Part shown: positions 25,218-38,705 of the stretch, in pieces
Layout: each line of letters opens with the position of its first letter
Numbering within the stretch: the stretch's first letter is position 1
Assembly (NCBI GenBank): GCA_028534125.1
Contig: CM052816.1
Coordinates: 60,514,001 to 60,578,000 of the forward strand
Reading direction: 5' to 3'
From: Lama glama
Lineage: Eukaryota
Length of the DNA: 64,000 bases
Notes under the pieces: generated by a model
What the model was told of the DNA's origin: nothing
Databases searched by the model: none
The model's input: the letters and a program-made list of their open reading frames with translations, nothing else
Position numbers and translations under genes: made by a program

Positions 25218-28200
25218 TGTACTGAGCACTTAGGAGGGCCAATGCAGGAGGTTTTGCTTTGAGGATACAAGGAAGAGGTCCTTGAGGAATTTATAAAGCA
25301 GTAAAAGGGATGATAGGTCCACAATTAATACAAAGTTAAAAGTGACCCATCCTGGAAGAGGAGAGACAAGTACGGTGGTGGCAGGGAGGAAAGAATCAAG
25401 TATGGCTGTGGAAAAATCAGCACAAGTGATGTGATGGGGTTTGAGACGGAATGTGAATGCGGTAAAGGATCACAAGCTTCATTTCCCTGTTTTACACACC
25501 TAAGAATGGGGATCTTATTGCTCTGGGTTTGTGCACACATCATCTTCCATTATTTTTCTATTATTTATATACACCAGGGCAGCCAAACACTAGCTAGATG
25601 GAGTAAAAACAAAACAAAACAAAAAAATGCTTTGCATTGAGATTCCTAGCAAACAAAGCAAAGATAGAAAGACAGCTCTCATTACTCAACAAAAGAAAGA
25701 ATTGAAATTTATCGGACCAAGCTAATGTCTTTTTCTTCGTTTCAGGGGTTTTAACAAAAGGGCAGTGACACACATAATTGTCACTGGCATCTACAGTAAT
25801 GTAGGGCAAAGATGCAGGCGCATCCTATGTTATGGAGCACAAAATAAAAACCAAGGGAAATAAAAATCAATGCTGTGTGTGCATGTACACACATGAAAGT
25901 CCACATGTGTACTTAACATACATATACGCCTCTCCTTTATAGGGACTTGGAAACTGGGAGTGAAGTTACCTTATGCAAAATTCTTGAGGCCTAATTTGGT
26001 GCAATGTCAATAATTTACAGTGGTCATGACTCAACCTGTGTTCTCAACTCAGAAAAAGGGAAACAGACATTTAAATGGTATTATTCTCTTTTTTCCTAAG
26101 TTTTACCCCCCAGTGATCAAGTCAGCTCTGAGTTAAAACCAAGAAGGAGGCCTACCCTCACCTCTCCCTCCAGGCCCTAGTGGGATGCAGAGACCTAAGA
26201 TGGTCAGAGAAGAGAGAAATGATCTGGCAAGGCAGACACAAGAAAACAAATCTAGCCCTGACAATAGGCACTGATTAAGTACTTGAATGACAATGGAACG
26301 TGACAGTGACAAACACAGGCTGCCACCACCAGAGTTGTCCATAGATCAGAAACACTAATTTTTGCCCATCTTTAAACTTCCCAATAGGTGGCATTTGCAT
26401 TTCTTCACCTACTCGTCTTACTGTGGAGTTGACAAAGAGTCAGCTTCATTTTCAGTTTCCATCCAGGAAGTTTAAAAAACCCTCTACACTCCTGATCTTT
26501 GATTAGCCACTGAAAATGAGTTTTAAGTAAGAGATGGATGGCCTGGTGTGCTCAGTTTCAGAAGACAGGACATCACTATCAGGTTCCTCCAGGGAAGGAA
26601 GGGGCTTCCTCACTCAGTGGTAGAGACAGCATCTATGTGTGAAGGGAGAAAATGAGAGGAAACAAAGGAAAACTAGTCTTTGCAAAGACTTCTATTGCTC
26701 GTCTTGGTAGCTCAAAGTATTTACTACTCAAGCTTGAAGGGACCTTGAGAGTGTCTGGTCCAATATACTTATTTTACAAATGAGGAAATTGAGAACCAGA
26801 AACAAAGGCGTAACTACTTAGCAGTTGACTTGGGACTAGAATCTGCACCTCAAATCCCCGTTTCAGGTCCTTCTCATTACACCTTGAAAAATCAGTACAG
26901 GAGATGTCAAGATGCTTTCCCCACCCAGACAAGTCACTTGCTTTCCATCTTTTAAAACCCATTCAGCGTAACTCAGGTGTTCCATTCTCCTGTTCCACGT
27001 CTCCCCGAGTCACTACTGCATTACACTTCACTACCACGCCTGTGTTGTCCAGAGGATTTATGTGTGGTCCAAATGACTGATTCCAGCACATGAGCAGTTA
27101 GCACCTCACATGCACCACTATGCAATTGTCCTGCAGTTTGACCGTGTATAAGCAAGTGTTACCAGAAGAGCCAGCTGCCTACCTACATTCAACTTCATAC
27201 ATGGGTTCCAGTGTGATGTGAAATGAGCACTCACCAGCTTCCTTGCCTTCCCCAACCTAACCTCCCCCTCCCCAATAACTGTGGGTGCTGTATGTGGGAT
27301 TTAACAGTCAGTACTAATTTTCTATTACTTAAATTCATGTTTTATATTCTTAACTATAATAGAGTCAATTCAACTTTTGTGGCTTATCAAACACACTGAA
27401 GAATCACAGGGATCTAAAACTGCTTCATCTCTTACAGATGATACATCTAAGTAACTGCGAATCACAAGCATAAGCTTGGAATCAGCACACTTTTCAGAAC
27501 CTCCAAGTACACAACGCATGAAGGAAAACCACGCCCAGTCGTGCCCAGGCCTTAGCCCATGCTACCAGAAAGAAACAGTCTTTCAGGGAAGTACTAAAAA
27601 TACAGCCAAGGGGAAAAGAAAATAAAAAGAAATGCTTAAAAAAAAAAAAAACACCCTGAAATCAATTTTCTATTCTAAAGGGAATTTAAAGAATCAACAA
27701 CTTAAATTTTTGATGTATGGATTCAATAAGTTCATTTTTCTCTCAGAAATAACCAAAGTCCATTATTCATGAATCACACTAGAACACAAGAAATAAGGGG
27801 TGGAGAGAGAATTGGGGAAGAGATAGAGAGAGGGAGAAAAAGTGCTTTGGGGATCCTAAAATTCACATATCTTTGGTTTGATTCTGTTAAGTTTCTTCAT
27901 TAGCCTAATTGGTATGAAGAACTTCTGTATATAAAATGTATTTAGATATCTACAATCTTTAAAATAACTCCAGTAAAAACTTTAAATGGCCACTAGACCC
28001 TCTCTTCTTTGGTGTACTTTGAAGAATTTCAGTCAATGGGTTTTGATCACATCCAGCACACCCAGCTCAAGACTAAGATGGCCACCTTATTTTGCAAGCG
28101 ATAATGGTATAGCTGTATCTCAGGATGCAACTCAGCTTCCTACCCCAGCAGTCTCAGGATTCTATGTCACAGTGATTTAAGGCCCAAGTTACCTTTTGCT

Positions 28201-29889
28201 TTGTAGAAGGCATATCAAGATACTTAAGAGAAATTGGGTCTTCTAGCAATAACATCTTCTTAATTAATGCTCAGGGCTAATTTTTAAGTCCTTCAAACTC
28301 GATCTGGTACAGAATTGTAAAACAGATTTCTGAAGAACCATATTTCCTAACCTAACAGGCCCCCAGCCCACTCTGGAGCTCATGCACACATCAAAGCCAA
28401 CAGCCCAGTGTCTCACCTGGCTCTTGGTGTAAGAGCAACATCTGATTCTCCCAGTCCTTATTTATTCAGACTCTTAATTCTCCTATCACGTCTGACATCA
28501 CCTCTTAGATGGTTTTGTTGGTGTAAAATGTCTGAAGAAGAGATCACAGCTTCTTGTAGGACTCTGCAGCCTGGCTCTGAACAAGGTGGCAATTTCCAAG
28601 CAGCATGTGACCTGGAGCCTGGGAACTACCATGTGAGGATCATCCTGTTTGATGGAGCAATGACTCCTGAGTAGACCACCTGCAGAGGGGCTGAGCTCCA
28701 GCAGAAGGCTCCCTGAGAGGGAGCCACTGGGAGGCAGCATCTGTCAAAGGAACCAGCGAACAGCACGTGCTCCATGATGGCAGAGTCTCACAAGGTCTTC
28801 CTACCCTGACAAGGAGACACAGCAAACATAAAACACGCCAACATTGCCACCTTCTAATTAGAACCCCTTGGCAGCAAACAAAATATCCAGACATAAACTG
28901 ACACAGGAGCAGTGAAGAGGGCAGATGGTTTTAAAGGCTACTTAAAACCATGCCCTCGCACCAGAGAAAAGATGCTCGTGGACTTGCCTCTTGATTATTG
29001 GCGACTCAGAAAAATAGGTGGAGACACCCTCCAGCTTCATAAACCATTGGTGATCAACTTCAGTTTTACAAGCTCTAAAACGGAACACTAACCCAAGAAT
29101 TCCTGCCCTCGGTCATTTGCTTCCAGCATAGAGAATTTATCAGCACTGAGCAATAATAGTAAAACAAATAGAAGCAGGATGTTTTTAAGTCAGTGAAAAC
29201 CTTAAGTGCGAATTATCTGGGTTTTTTTTCCTGTTGGCCAGGAGCCAAGAACCCAAAATGAGAGCATCACAAGTGCACTGTTCCTAACAACTGTAAAGAC
29301 CTTCGCCCTTTAAAAGTTTCAAAACTTGCCAGATTTCAAAATATTAACATTTCAGTCATCCTTCATGGGTTGGTTAAGTCCACTGCTCAGTCCACAACCC
29401 CACCACACACCCAGGCCCCACTTTCAAGTTCCCACGGGCTCTGGCTCTATCTCTGAAGAATCCCACTTTGTGCACCAAAACTCCCCTTACCCTTGGACAA
29501 CTCAGCTCCACCCTCCCCATGGCTATCTTGAGTGACCCTGGACCAGGCCCCTCTGCTATGTTCTGTGGAGCTAATGTTCCCAGTACACACATTTCCCTGG
29601 TGCCTTAACCTTTCCCTCAGACATGTACACTGACTTTCAGTTCATGATCTCAGACCTTAAATGGGCTCCCAATGCTTCCAAGAAATCCTGCTACATTTAT
29701 AGCTCCCCTTCCTGGTCTCTGAGATCATTTCAGACTTCCTTCCCTATTCAACTCCCATAATAACCCTCCCGACCCCCTCCTGGATATCTCATAATGCATT
29801 GAGAAAAGTGAAGGCTCTAAATCTATTAAACTATCTGCTTTTTATTAAAAGAAAATGTGTTAAAATACATGACCTGAAAGGCAACATCT

Positions 29890-30275
29890 TAAAATTAAAC
29901 TTTTTATTTAGAAGTAACTGTAGGTTCACATGCAGCTGTGAGAAATACTACAGAGAGACCCCAGGTGGACTTTATCCAGGGTCCTGCAATGGTAACATCC
30001 TACGAAACTATGATGTAGTCACAACCAGGATAATGACATGGATACAGTCATGTATCCTTCATGAATCCAACATGAATCCCTCATGTTGCCCAAGTAGAGC
30101 CACACCTACTTCCCTCCCATCTCCAACCTCTTTAAGCCCTAACAACCACTAATCAGTTCCCTACTTCCATAATTGTGTCATTTCAAGAATGTTACATAGA
30201 AAGGAAATGACACAGCAGGTAACCTCTTGGTTTTTCTTCACTTGGACTTTTCTAGAGATTCACCCAGGTTGCTCC
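29890..30275 (-). mobile_element. Old L1 (L1MC-like) 3' end
   Basis: ttttatttagaagtaactgtaggttcacatgcagctgtgagaaatactacagagaga...caatggtaacatc...tcatttcaagaatgttacata. Confidence 0.75.
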
Positions 30276-30564
30276 TAACCCCGTGCACTCTAGCTTGTCT
30301 ACATTTCACCACCCTCTGTGAGGTTTCCAGAGACTACACTGTTGAACTCAAATACAATTTCTTGTCCTTATCTTATTTTCTCAGAGGCTAATCCTTTCCT
30401 TCTCAAAACTACGATGCTCTGCTTCTGTCAATGCACAGTCCTCCTCAATGTTCCTACTTACCATCTCAAAGGCATTTCAGACCTAACATACTGAAAACCG
30501 AATTAATCATATCCTATTTCTTTATTAAAACTTATTTCTCAGTCTCCCCTGCCTTCATAAGTGC

Positions 30565-30978
30565 CATGTTTTCCCTGCCTTTTATGTAGTTGGACTCAGA
30601 GTCAAGAGCCCAGCAGGGACCGAGGGCTACCCCAGCTCCAGCACCAGCCTTGAATTCAGCTGTGACCATGTGGTAGTATCTTGCCAAAAGAATGGGAATA
30701 GACACAAAGTGTGTCTCTTCCAGTACGGGACTTTTAGGAAGTCAGAAAGGTTCTTCTCTTTCTTTCCACTTCCAGCAGCTGGAGGCAGAGTATCTTGAGG
30801 CCACAGAGAAAGAATCAAAGCAGAAGGTGGAAGAAATGTGGGTCGCTAACTCACCAGGAGGGAGGGAGCTGCCTGCTAACCCAAACACTTACATTAGCTA
30901 GAAATATATGGCTATTGTGTTCAGCCACAGATATTTTTTGGTTTGCTTGTTATAGCATGTGGTGTTACCCTAATACAC
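30565..30978 (+). mobile_element. MaLR LTR (MLT1J/K-like)
   Basis: gctgtgaccatgtgg...gccaaaagaatg internal motif; ends agccacagatattttttggtttgcttgttatagca...ccctaataca. Confidence 0.7.
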
Positions 30979-31877
30979 ACCATTTTTACCTAGGCATTCT
31001 TTTGATGATATTACAAACACAAAGAAATCTAGAGCATATAGAAGAATATTTAGGTGAAATATTTACTAAATACCATGGCTACCTATAAAATATTTATATT
31101 TTCTGTAAATTTGCTTTAATCTAAATTCTGTCCAATGTGCCCACTAAGCTGAAGAGAACTTTAGGATGAGAAACTCATTAAACTCTACACAGCTCTCAAA
31201 CTTGATACCCTTCAACTTAATTTTAAAGGAAAGAATATTTTCTGGAACTGCATAGTTTGTTTTGCCTTTCCCTCTTTAAGTAAAATCATTCTGAAATGCC
31301 TTTTTATTTGTATTTTCAGATGTTATACAAAACTGATTTCCATAATCCAAGAAGGAAAAAATCTCTCATTTTTCCCCCAGATAGAATACCATCATTCTAA
31401 CAGTTTTAGAAGTTCTAATTTATACTGTCTACAAAGCCGACTTCTGATTATGATGTGCAAGTGATACACATACGAAGGTTCCTCTTTGTTTTACATTCCC
31501 AACAACCCAAATATGTTGTGAAAACAATCCTCTTCATATGGAAAGAAGCCTTCCTTCGTTTCCTGGCTGTTAGGGCTGTAACACGCAGGCATCACAGCTG
31601 TGGAAGGCAGGACTAGGATTCAAGGCAATCATTTGCATATCAAGAAGCCAGGAGTCAAGATCCTGAGGTTCTGCCCTTCATTCTGCAGCTTCCTTGCTGT
31701 GAACTGTCAGCACATTACCACACAGTCATGCTCAGACTTAAGGGTCTGTATAATGATTCCAATAATGCATCTCTTCCTCATCAGGGGGCTCCAAAACTCA
31801 GTCAATGTTTACGTGTTGCTTCTGGTTGCCTATTTAGCAAGCTGCGAGCCATGAAGACATAAAACATCATCAGCCTC

Positions 31878-31934
31878 AAAAAAAGAAAAAAAAACAAAGA
31901 AAGAAAAAAAGAAAGAAAGAAAAAAGAAAAAAAA
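31878..31934 (+). repeat. A-rich / (GAAA)n low-complexity tract
   Basis: Read directly. Confidence 0.8.
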
Positions 31935-32259
31935 TCCAGGCAGTGATAGGCATGGTAAACTCGAGGTCGTTGTTTCAATGCCAGACCTGCATAAAAGGTT
32001 CTGGTTGTTTTTCCCCTCTGATCTAATAATCTTAGTGATTCAAAACTTTAGTTAGGGAAGAAAATACCAAAAGTCCAATCAAGGGTGCATGGTATGCATG
32101 GTAGAATTATAGGCTTACGGTTTCTCCTTTCTGGTGCTCTGCATATACTAAATTGTCACATTAAACACACATTACTTTCATAATTGAAAAACAGGTAAAC
32201 ATAAATATTTTGATTGTAAGAGACTGCATTTAAAGAGGAGAAAGACTGATCACCTTAGA

Positions 32260-32690
32260 TGAAACTATTGGTGCTAATTCCTCACTTCCCTCCCAGGAGC
32301 ATTATACACCTGCACTTTGCCAAGGTGTCATGGTGGGTGGAGCATGCTTCTGCCCCTTGACGCTGGGCTTGACCATGTGACTTTCTCTGGCCAATAGGAA
32401 GTTAGCAGACATGATGCCAGCAGAAGCTTGAAACCTGCCCGTGCATGTGGATGTGCACATGCTTGCTCCTGTCTTTTACCAGGAGGACACAATGCCTGGG
32501 GTAGCTGCTGGTCCAAGGAAGACGAGAGACACATGGAGCAGACCTAGAACTAATCGCAACAGAGCCCAGGCTAAATCATCCAAAACCTGGCTGACCTGCA
32601 GCCAAGTGAGAAAGAAAAGGAATATGTACTGCTGTCTGATAGTGAAATTTTTGTGGTTATAGAGCATTATTGTTGTCAACTGGTATACTA
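32260..32690 (+). mobile_element. MaLR LTR (MLT1I-like)
   Basis: gggcttgaccatgtgactttctctggccaatagg...gtagctgctggtccaagg...gagacacatggagcagacct. Confidence 0.8.
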
Positions 32691-32939
32691 CCTGATGCCA
32701 CAAAAAAACCTCAGAGGCAAAAAATAACTCATATATTGAATTGAAGTGTATAAAAGGCCATACAGCATCCTTCTTCACATGCCCATTTATAAAGGGAACC
32801 AAGGCAAACATCATCCCAGTTGGAGAAAACTCCTTAGCCAACAGTAACTGTATTCCTCCCCTTTGTTAAATATATAATTAATTACAATTATGGTAAGTCC
32901 TATGAAGAGGTACTATGAGTCCATTCAACAATGAGATTT

Positions 32940-33200
32940 CACATTAAAAATATATTGTGAGCCATTTTCAATGTTTAAATGTATTTTTACATCATGATAT
33001 TTAATGTTTATAATAGTTTTCCATTTTATGTGTATATCATAATATGTTTAATCAATATTCTTTTGCCAGATATGTAGATTTTAGATAATATTTTAATTAT
33101 TATAAATGGTGCTGCTCTAAACTTTCCTGGAGTTAATTCTCTGCATATATTCAACTATTTCTTTGTGATGAAATCTGAGGAAAAGAATGGTTAAGTTAAC
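32940..33200 (-). mobile_element. Ancient L1ME-like fragment
   Basis: AT-rich, with tagttttccattttatgtgtatatcataat...ttataaatggtgctgc motifs. Confidence 0.45.
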
Positions 33201-33226
33201 AAATGCGTAAACTTTAAAGTTCTTCT

Positions 33227-33337
33227 GGGGTAATTCTTTATATTTATTTATTTATTCTTAACAGAGGTACTGGGGATTGAACACAGGACCTCGTACGTGC
33301 CAGGCACGCACTTCACCACTGAGCCATACCCTCCCCC
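33227..33337 (-). mobile_element. Camelid SINE (vic-1-like)
   Basis: gaggtactggggattgaacacaggacctcgtacgtgccaggcacgcacttcaccactgagccataccctcccc plus a (TTTA)n tail. Confidence 0.88.
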
Positions 33338-33524
33338 TACTAACGTTTTTAATATGTATTAACTGCCTAGTTTTACTTTACTTTTCTAATTAATGAAACA
33401 GGATCCCTACAGATGAGTCAGCCCCAGATACTAACTGAGCAAAAATTTTCCCACCTAGGATTCACTCCAATTAATCCTGCTGGAATTTACTGAAAACCTA
33501 TCGGGTATCACCCGTGCCAGGCAC

Positions 33525-33785
33525 AGTGGAGAGCTTACAGCCTTGGACCCTGGAGCAATGACATCTGGTTTCAAATCTTGGCTCTGCTGTGTATGAGCAC
33601 CATGATCTTGTGCAATTTACTCAATCTGTTTGTGCCTCAGTGTTCTAATCTATGAAATGGGGATAAGAGTGCCACCCTCCTAAGTGCACAGAGATGTTGG
33701 AAGGATTAAATCAGTCAATAAATGTAATTCCCTGAAAACCATGCCTGCCACATAGTAAGCTCTTCATATTAGCTGTCATTATTAC
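33525..33785 (+). mobile_element. Near full-length MIR
   Basis: ggtttcaaatcttggctctgc...gtgcctcagtgttctaatctatgaaatggggataa...tgcctgccacatagtaagc. Confidence 0.85.
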
Positions 33786-35509
33786 GAGGGACGAATAGAT
33801 GAAAAGACCACAGATCTTCCTCTTAGAAAGCTAACAGTTTACTGAAACTTACCAAGGACAATTGGGTGGCAAAATTTTCATATTATAAATTAAGCCTTCA
33901 CAAATTCTGTTTTAAAGCAAGCATAAAATGGCTAAGGTAGGGGGGGAGCTCTTGGATTAAAACAAAGTTAAGCAATAGGAAGGTGGCTGGCCTTCAAATT
34001 ACAGAATTATTAGGCACAAACCACTGATGGCAAAACCAGTTTGACTTAAGTTTAGCAACAAGGTCTATCCCAAGGGAAGATCCTATGTGATTACTTATAG
34101 TTGCCTAAAACTATGGGAAACCATTTTGCTTAAAGATCAGAAATGATGCTGCTTCTCTCTCTGCTCCACCACCTGATGCTAGCACAGAGCCTGACACAAC
34201 GTAGAAATTCGGTTGATAAGGGTTTCAAACTGATGTTCAGGAGCCCAAGTTACCCATCAACTGAAAAAACCCTCAGTTCAATTCGTTATGCACAGAATAC
34301 TAATAGCCACCATCCCTAGGCTGGGTGCTTTGCATATGCTATTTCATTAAACTCTGGGTGAAGATATCTACAAGGCCAATTAAGAATGTTTTCTTCAAAT
34401 TCTGATATAACTTTCAAGTGTCTGCTTTTTAGAACAGGCTGACGTTCAAGAGATTTTTTAAAAGCTCTCCTAAAGGCTATTAAATATTTTTGAAAAGTAT
34501 CTGACCAAAGATGTAATTACCTAAAATAACTGTGTATCAAGCCAAACTGCAAAGGCTAGACTTGCTAGAGCTGTTGAGATTTTCAAATGAGATTCAAGTC
34601 CAGCTTTTTTTTTTTAAAGCTGAAGGCCAAATTTCATGTTTCAGGTCATTTACCTGCATTGAGAGCTACACCTTTGCATTATGTTAAAGCTTTAAGCAAA
34701 CTGCTTAAGCAAAAATTTGAGAGAACCCTTGCTCCCTCCTCCAATTGGTCAAAACTAGTTTAGCCAAATTAAGTAACTTTCCTAAGTGAAATTAATAAGT
34801 AAGGGGGTAAACCTTTTAACCTGTAAGATTTAATTTCCCCACCTGAAAAACTAAGGGTTAGACTAAATCTTTAGGATCTCCCACTTAAAAAAGCAAACAT
34901 TTTGCATCTATAAAAACGAAAGCAAAAAAAAATATCCTAACAAGCAATAGAAGAATATCAGTAGAGCTCAAGTGTGAACATTTGCCTTAAACTTAGTGAA
35001 GTGCAGAAATTTTTTTGATTTTTTTTTTCACCCCTCGGCCTGAAATTAGCTTCACCCTCCATCCCAGGAGTGTGCTACACTGGGTCATGTGTTCTAGGCT
35101 CCACTGATCATGGGACAGAAGCATTTCTGCCCCCCAAAATTCCACCTCCAAAAAGTCAAAATCCGTATTCTCCAAAAAAATGAAGAACTCAACGCATTTC
35201 CAGATCATTTATGAACTGGCAGAAAAGAATGACATGTGTAGAGAAAACTTTGCATGGGGGTTTGGAAAAACAATGAAGTTTCTTACAAAATATTTATATT
35301 TAGAGGAAAAAGCACTCAGAATGAAAAAAAAAAAAAACCCAGAAATCTAACCTTCAGAGATTTAAAATGAAGTTTAATAACCTGAAAATTTATATGGTGA
35401 GTTTTTTAATGCTTTAAGTTATTTCAGTTTGGTTATCTTTAAAGTCAACAAAATTTATCTGTAGGTTTTCTGGATTTGAATTTTTTAAATTAATTTTAAC
35501 AACATAGTT

Positions 35510-36110
35510 TAAAAATGGGTGAAAGAAAAAAGAAAATGAGTGAAAGATTTGAACAGGCACTTCACAAAAGGAGAAGTACAAATGTACAATGAGTATCTGA
35601 AAAGACATTCGACATCATTTAGTCATCCAGAAAATACACAGTAAATCCAGACTGTGATAGGACTATTTACCCATTAAAATGGCTAGAATTAAAAAGACAG
35701 GCAATACCACAGGTTGGCAAGGATGCAGAGCAATTAGATTCCTTACCTGTTGCTGGTGGGAATGCAAAACGGTACCATTTTGAAAACTGGCAGTTTCTTA
35801 TAAAGTTCAACATACACTACTGATACACGTGGATGCATCTTACACCGAGCAAAAGAAGCCAGACACCAAAAGGCACATACTCTATGATTCCATTAATACA
35901 AAATTCTTAAACTGAACCTAATCTAGAGACAAAAAGCAGATCCATCACTCCTGGGCCCAAGGAAAGGGCACAGGAATATTTTATACCCTGATTTTGGTGG
36001 TAGTTACACCAGCGTGTAAATTTGCCAAAACCCATCTGTGTGTACAGACACTGAGAGTGGACATGTTTTTATTATATGTAAATTACACCTCAGTAAAATT
36101 TACTAATAAA
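35510..36110 (+). mobile_element. Old L1 (L1ME/L1MC-like) 3' fragment
   Basis: aaagatttgaacaggcacttcacaaaag, gttggcaaggatgcagagcaa, gcaaaagaagccagacac, ttattatatgtaaattacacctcagtaaa. Confidence 0.8.
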
Positions 36111-36231
36111 ATCCTCAGTTTAACTGCTCTCTCTTGGATTAGATTTTACCGAACGGTCTGTGGAGGGGCAGGCACATTCTTAGAGGCTGGTTTTCACACG
36201 TGGAACTCCAGTGTTGCTGGGGACCTTTCTC

Positions 36232-36530
36232 CCGCTGTCCTTACCTATCCATGGGGGATTGGTTCCCTGGGAGACTAAAATTCATGATGCTCAAGTCCCT
36301 TATATAACATGGCACAGTATTTGTATATCAACTATGCACATCCTCCAGGATACTTTGTCACCTTTAAATTACTTATAAAACCTAAGACAATGTAAATGCT
36401 ATGTAAATAGTTGCTGGCAGACTGCAAATTCAAGTTTTGCTTTAGGGAACTTCTGGAGTTTTAAAAAATATGTTCCATCTGCTGTTGGTTGAATCTGTGG
36501 ATATGGAACCCATGGATACAGAGGACTGTA
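36232..36530. mobile_element. MER2-like Tigger MITE
   Basis: tatccatgggggattggttcc...gatgctcaagtcccttatataa...aatgtaaatgctatgtaaatagttg...ggttgaatctgtggatatggaacccatggatacagaggactgta. Confidence 0.88.
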
Positions 36531-36581
36531 CCATGTAGGTGAAATCCCCTTTCTGAAACAAGTCTTACTGACGCGACTCAC

Positions 36582-36735
36582 CTGTCAGAGCACCTCCCAG
36601 GCTTCCCCGCCGCAGCTGTCTTCCATCCTCACTGAGCTGTTTTTTAAACTTCAGCGACTTTCCGGGACCAGAAGCTACATCTGGGTTGCTGCATTTCCGA
36701 AATGGCATGGGTGGAGGGGATAATATGTGGTCAAG
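36582..36735 (-). CDS. MAST4: MAST4 coding exon (exon 2 of long isoform), 154 bp, LDHILSPPPMPFRKCSNPDVASGPGKSLKFKKQLSEDGRQLRRGSLGGALT(G)
   Basis: Acceptor ccttctctctgcag|CTTGACCAC and donor CTGACAG|gtgagtc; starts phase 0 and ends phase 1. Lies in ORF 36565..36762(-). Peptide recognised as the MAST4 N-terminus. Confidence 0.96.
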
Positions 36736-36947
36736 CTGCAGAGAGAAGGACAGAGGCGTCACGTGCTGGGGACACTCTCAGCACGACCAGCATGCATGAG
36801 CCACCATTCACACCTTCTTCCTTCTTTTCCTTCTCCAAAACCCTCTTCCTAACCCTGTTTTTAATTTGGCTACTTTTGAGATCTCAGAGTTTCACTGTTG
36901 AGTGTTCCATCTGAAAGATTATCTGGCTGGCTACAAAATCACCACTG

Positions 36948-37185
36948 CAGTGTTTTCAAGCTTCAGGTCACAGCATATTAGCGGATCATAAAGTCAAGTT
37001 TAGTAAGTTGTGACCAGTATTTTTTTAGTGCAACAGAAGAGAAATCACCAGAGTCCAATGAAGGAAGGAAAAGTATCATTTCATGAAATGTTTAAGTTGT
37101 AAACTTATGTGTGTGTATCCTGAGTCACCATGTACAATACGTCTTTCTGTGAGCCATCATCCCCCTAAAAAATGAAGACTATTGT
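36948..37185. mobile_element. hAT-Charlie relic (Charlie4-like)
   Basis: cagtgttttcaagcttcaggtcac...gttgtgaccag...tttctgtgagccat...tgaagactattg; a related sequence occurs at about 62290-62465. Confidence 0.5.
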
Positions 37186-38479
37186 TCTACAGATTCTCTA
37201 CAGAATCAAAAGATCACTTCTTTAGTTGGCCACAAAAGAAAATTCACAAGGTTTTGGTGCTCACAAATACATATAGGGAAGGGAAATCTCCGAGTACAAT
37301 GCTTAATGGAAATTAATACATCCCTCTATCATTTTATAGCTTTTTAAAAGAAAGCATGTCACAAGAGCCAGAGAAACCAAAGTCACTTCAAAAGACAGTT
37401 TTCCACAAAAGAATCCCTCGTGTCACAACACTTATTTTAAGATCTGTCCTGCTTTTATAAGAAAACCTTTCATACTGGAATAGGACCCTATCTTCCAAAA
37501 TGTTCTTCTCCAAGTAAGTATATGTGCATATGTCAGTGCCTAGATAGTTGTTAAAGACAAAAATATTCATGTGCACATGCATATACCAGACAGTTATTAA
37601 GAACAAAAAAGTACAAAATATATTCACAGAAATTCCAACTGCCACAGAAAAGAGCCAACTTCATAGAAATTTTAAAAGCAAAAAAGAGTTGGGTGACACT
37701 GCTCAAAGCCAGACATTTTTTTAGGGATGCTTCCCTGAGATTTGTTTTGTTTTCCTGGGTAGAAAGATGGTCATCTGGTTGTATTTGTCAGGATTTTCTC
37801 CGATTAAGACTCTCATGGATGTATTCATAGGAAGAAGAAATTCAGGATGAAGTCAGCCATTTGTCTGGCTATGCAATGCAGCATGTTCAAAACCATGACA
37901 CAAAAAGAAATGTGACCTTGCCTATGAGTAACTCCTCTCAAGCCTGTTGAGATGAAATAGGCTTCATTGGCTCAGCTGTTCCATGATGTCAACTCTCCCA
38001 CAAGCTCAACTGTGTTCATTAGTAACACAGAACAGCCGGATTTCAAGCACTTGTCAGTAAGTACCATCTGCAATTCACTGCCTATCAGTACTGCACTGTA
38101 TTTCATCACCACTTAGCTGTTTAGTGAGAGGTCCTCAAGAAGTTAGCAGTACGTCCACTCCAGGATCTGCCCTGATCAGCAGGGAAAAGGAATCCCGGAT
38201 GGTATTTTTTGAAGTATTTGTTGAGGCTGCTGCTTATTACATCAGTGTCCTACTTAGGAGGGCATCCCAGGATGAACTTCTGTCTAGTTCTGCCCTTAAA
38301 TGAATTGTAGCATGGGAACCCTGGACAGTGACACAGCAGATACTAGAAAACACAGAACCCAGCCAGAGGTCTAAATGCAGCCCCAACCATTACATAAGGT
38401 AGAGGTTAATTTTGCTTCCTGCTAGGCTCCATTTTATGTCCTTACCCTAGTTTTTTTTTTTTCTTTTTTCTTTTTTCTG

Positions 38480-38705
38480 CCAATTTTTTGGGGGAAAATT
38501 TAAGAAAATGTGCCACAACAGACAAGTTGTGAGATTAATACAATGAACACCATACTCCCTTTACCAGTGGTGCCACACCACTTCCACTCGCTTTCCTCTC
38601 TCTCTCCTTCTCTTTCCCCTGCAGTGAGAGTTAGCTGCAGACATTGCGGATTTTCACCCCTCAGTACTTCAGCCTGCCTCTTCTAAGAACCAGGACATTC
38701 TCTTA
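38480..38705 (-). mobile_element. L1MC4-like 3' fragment
   Basis: tacaatgaacaccatac...gttagctgcagacat...cacccctcagtacttcagc...ctaagaaccaggacattctctta. Confidence 0.65.
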
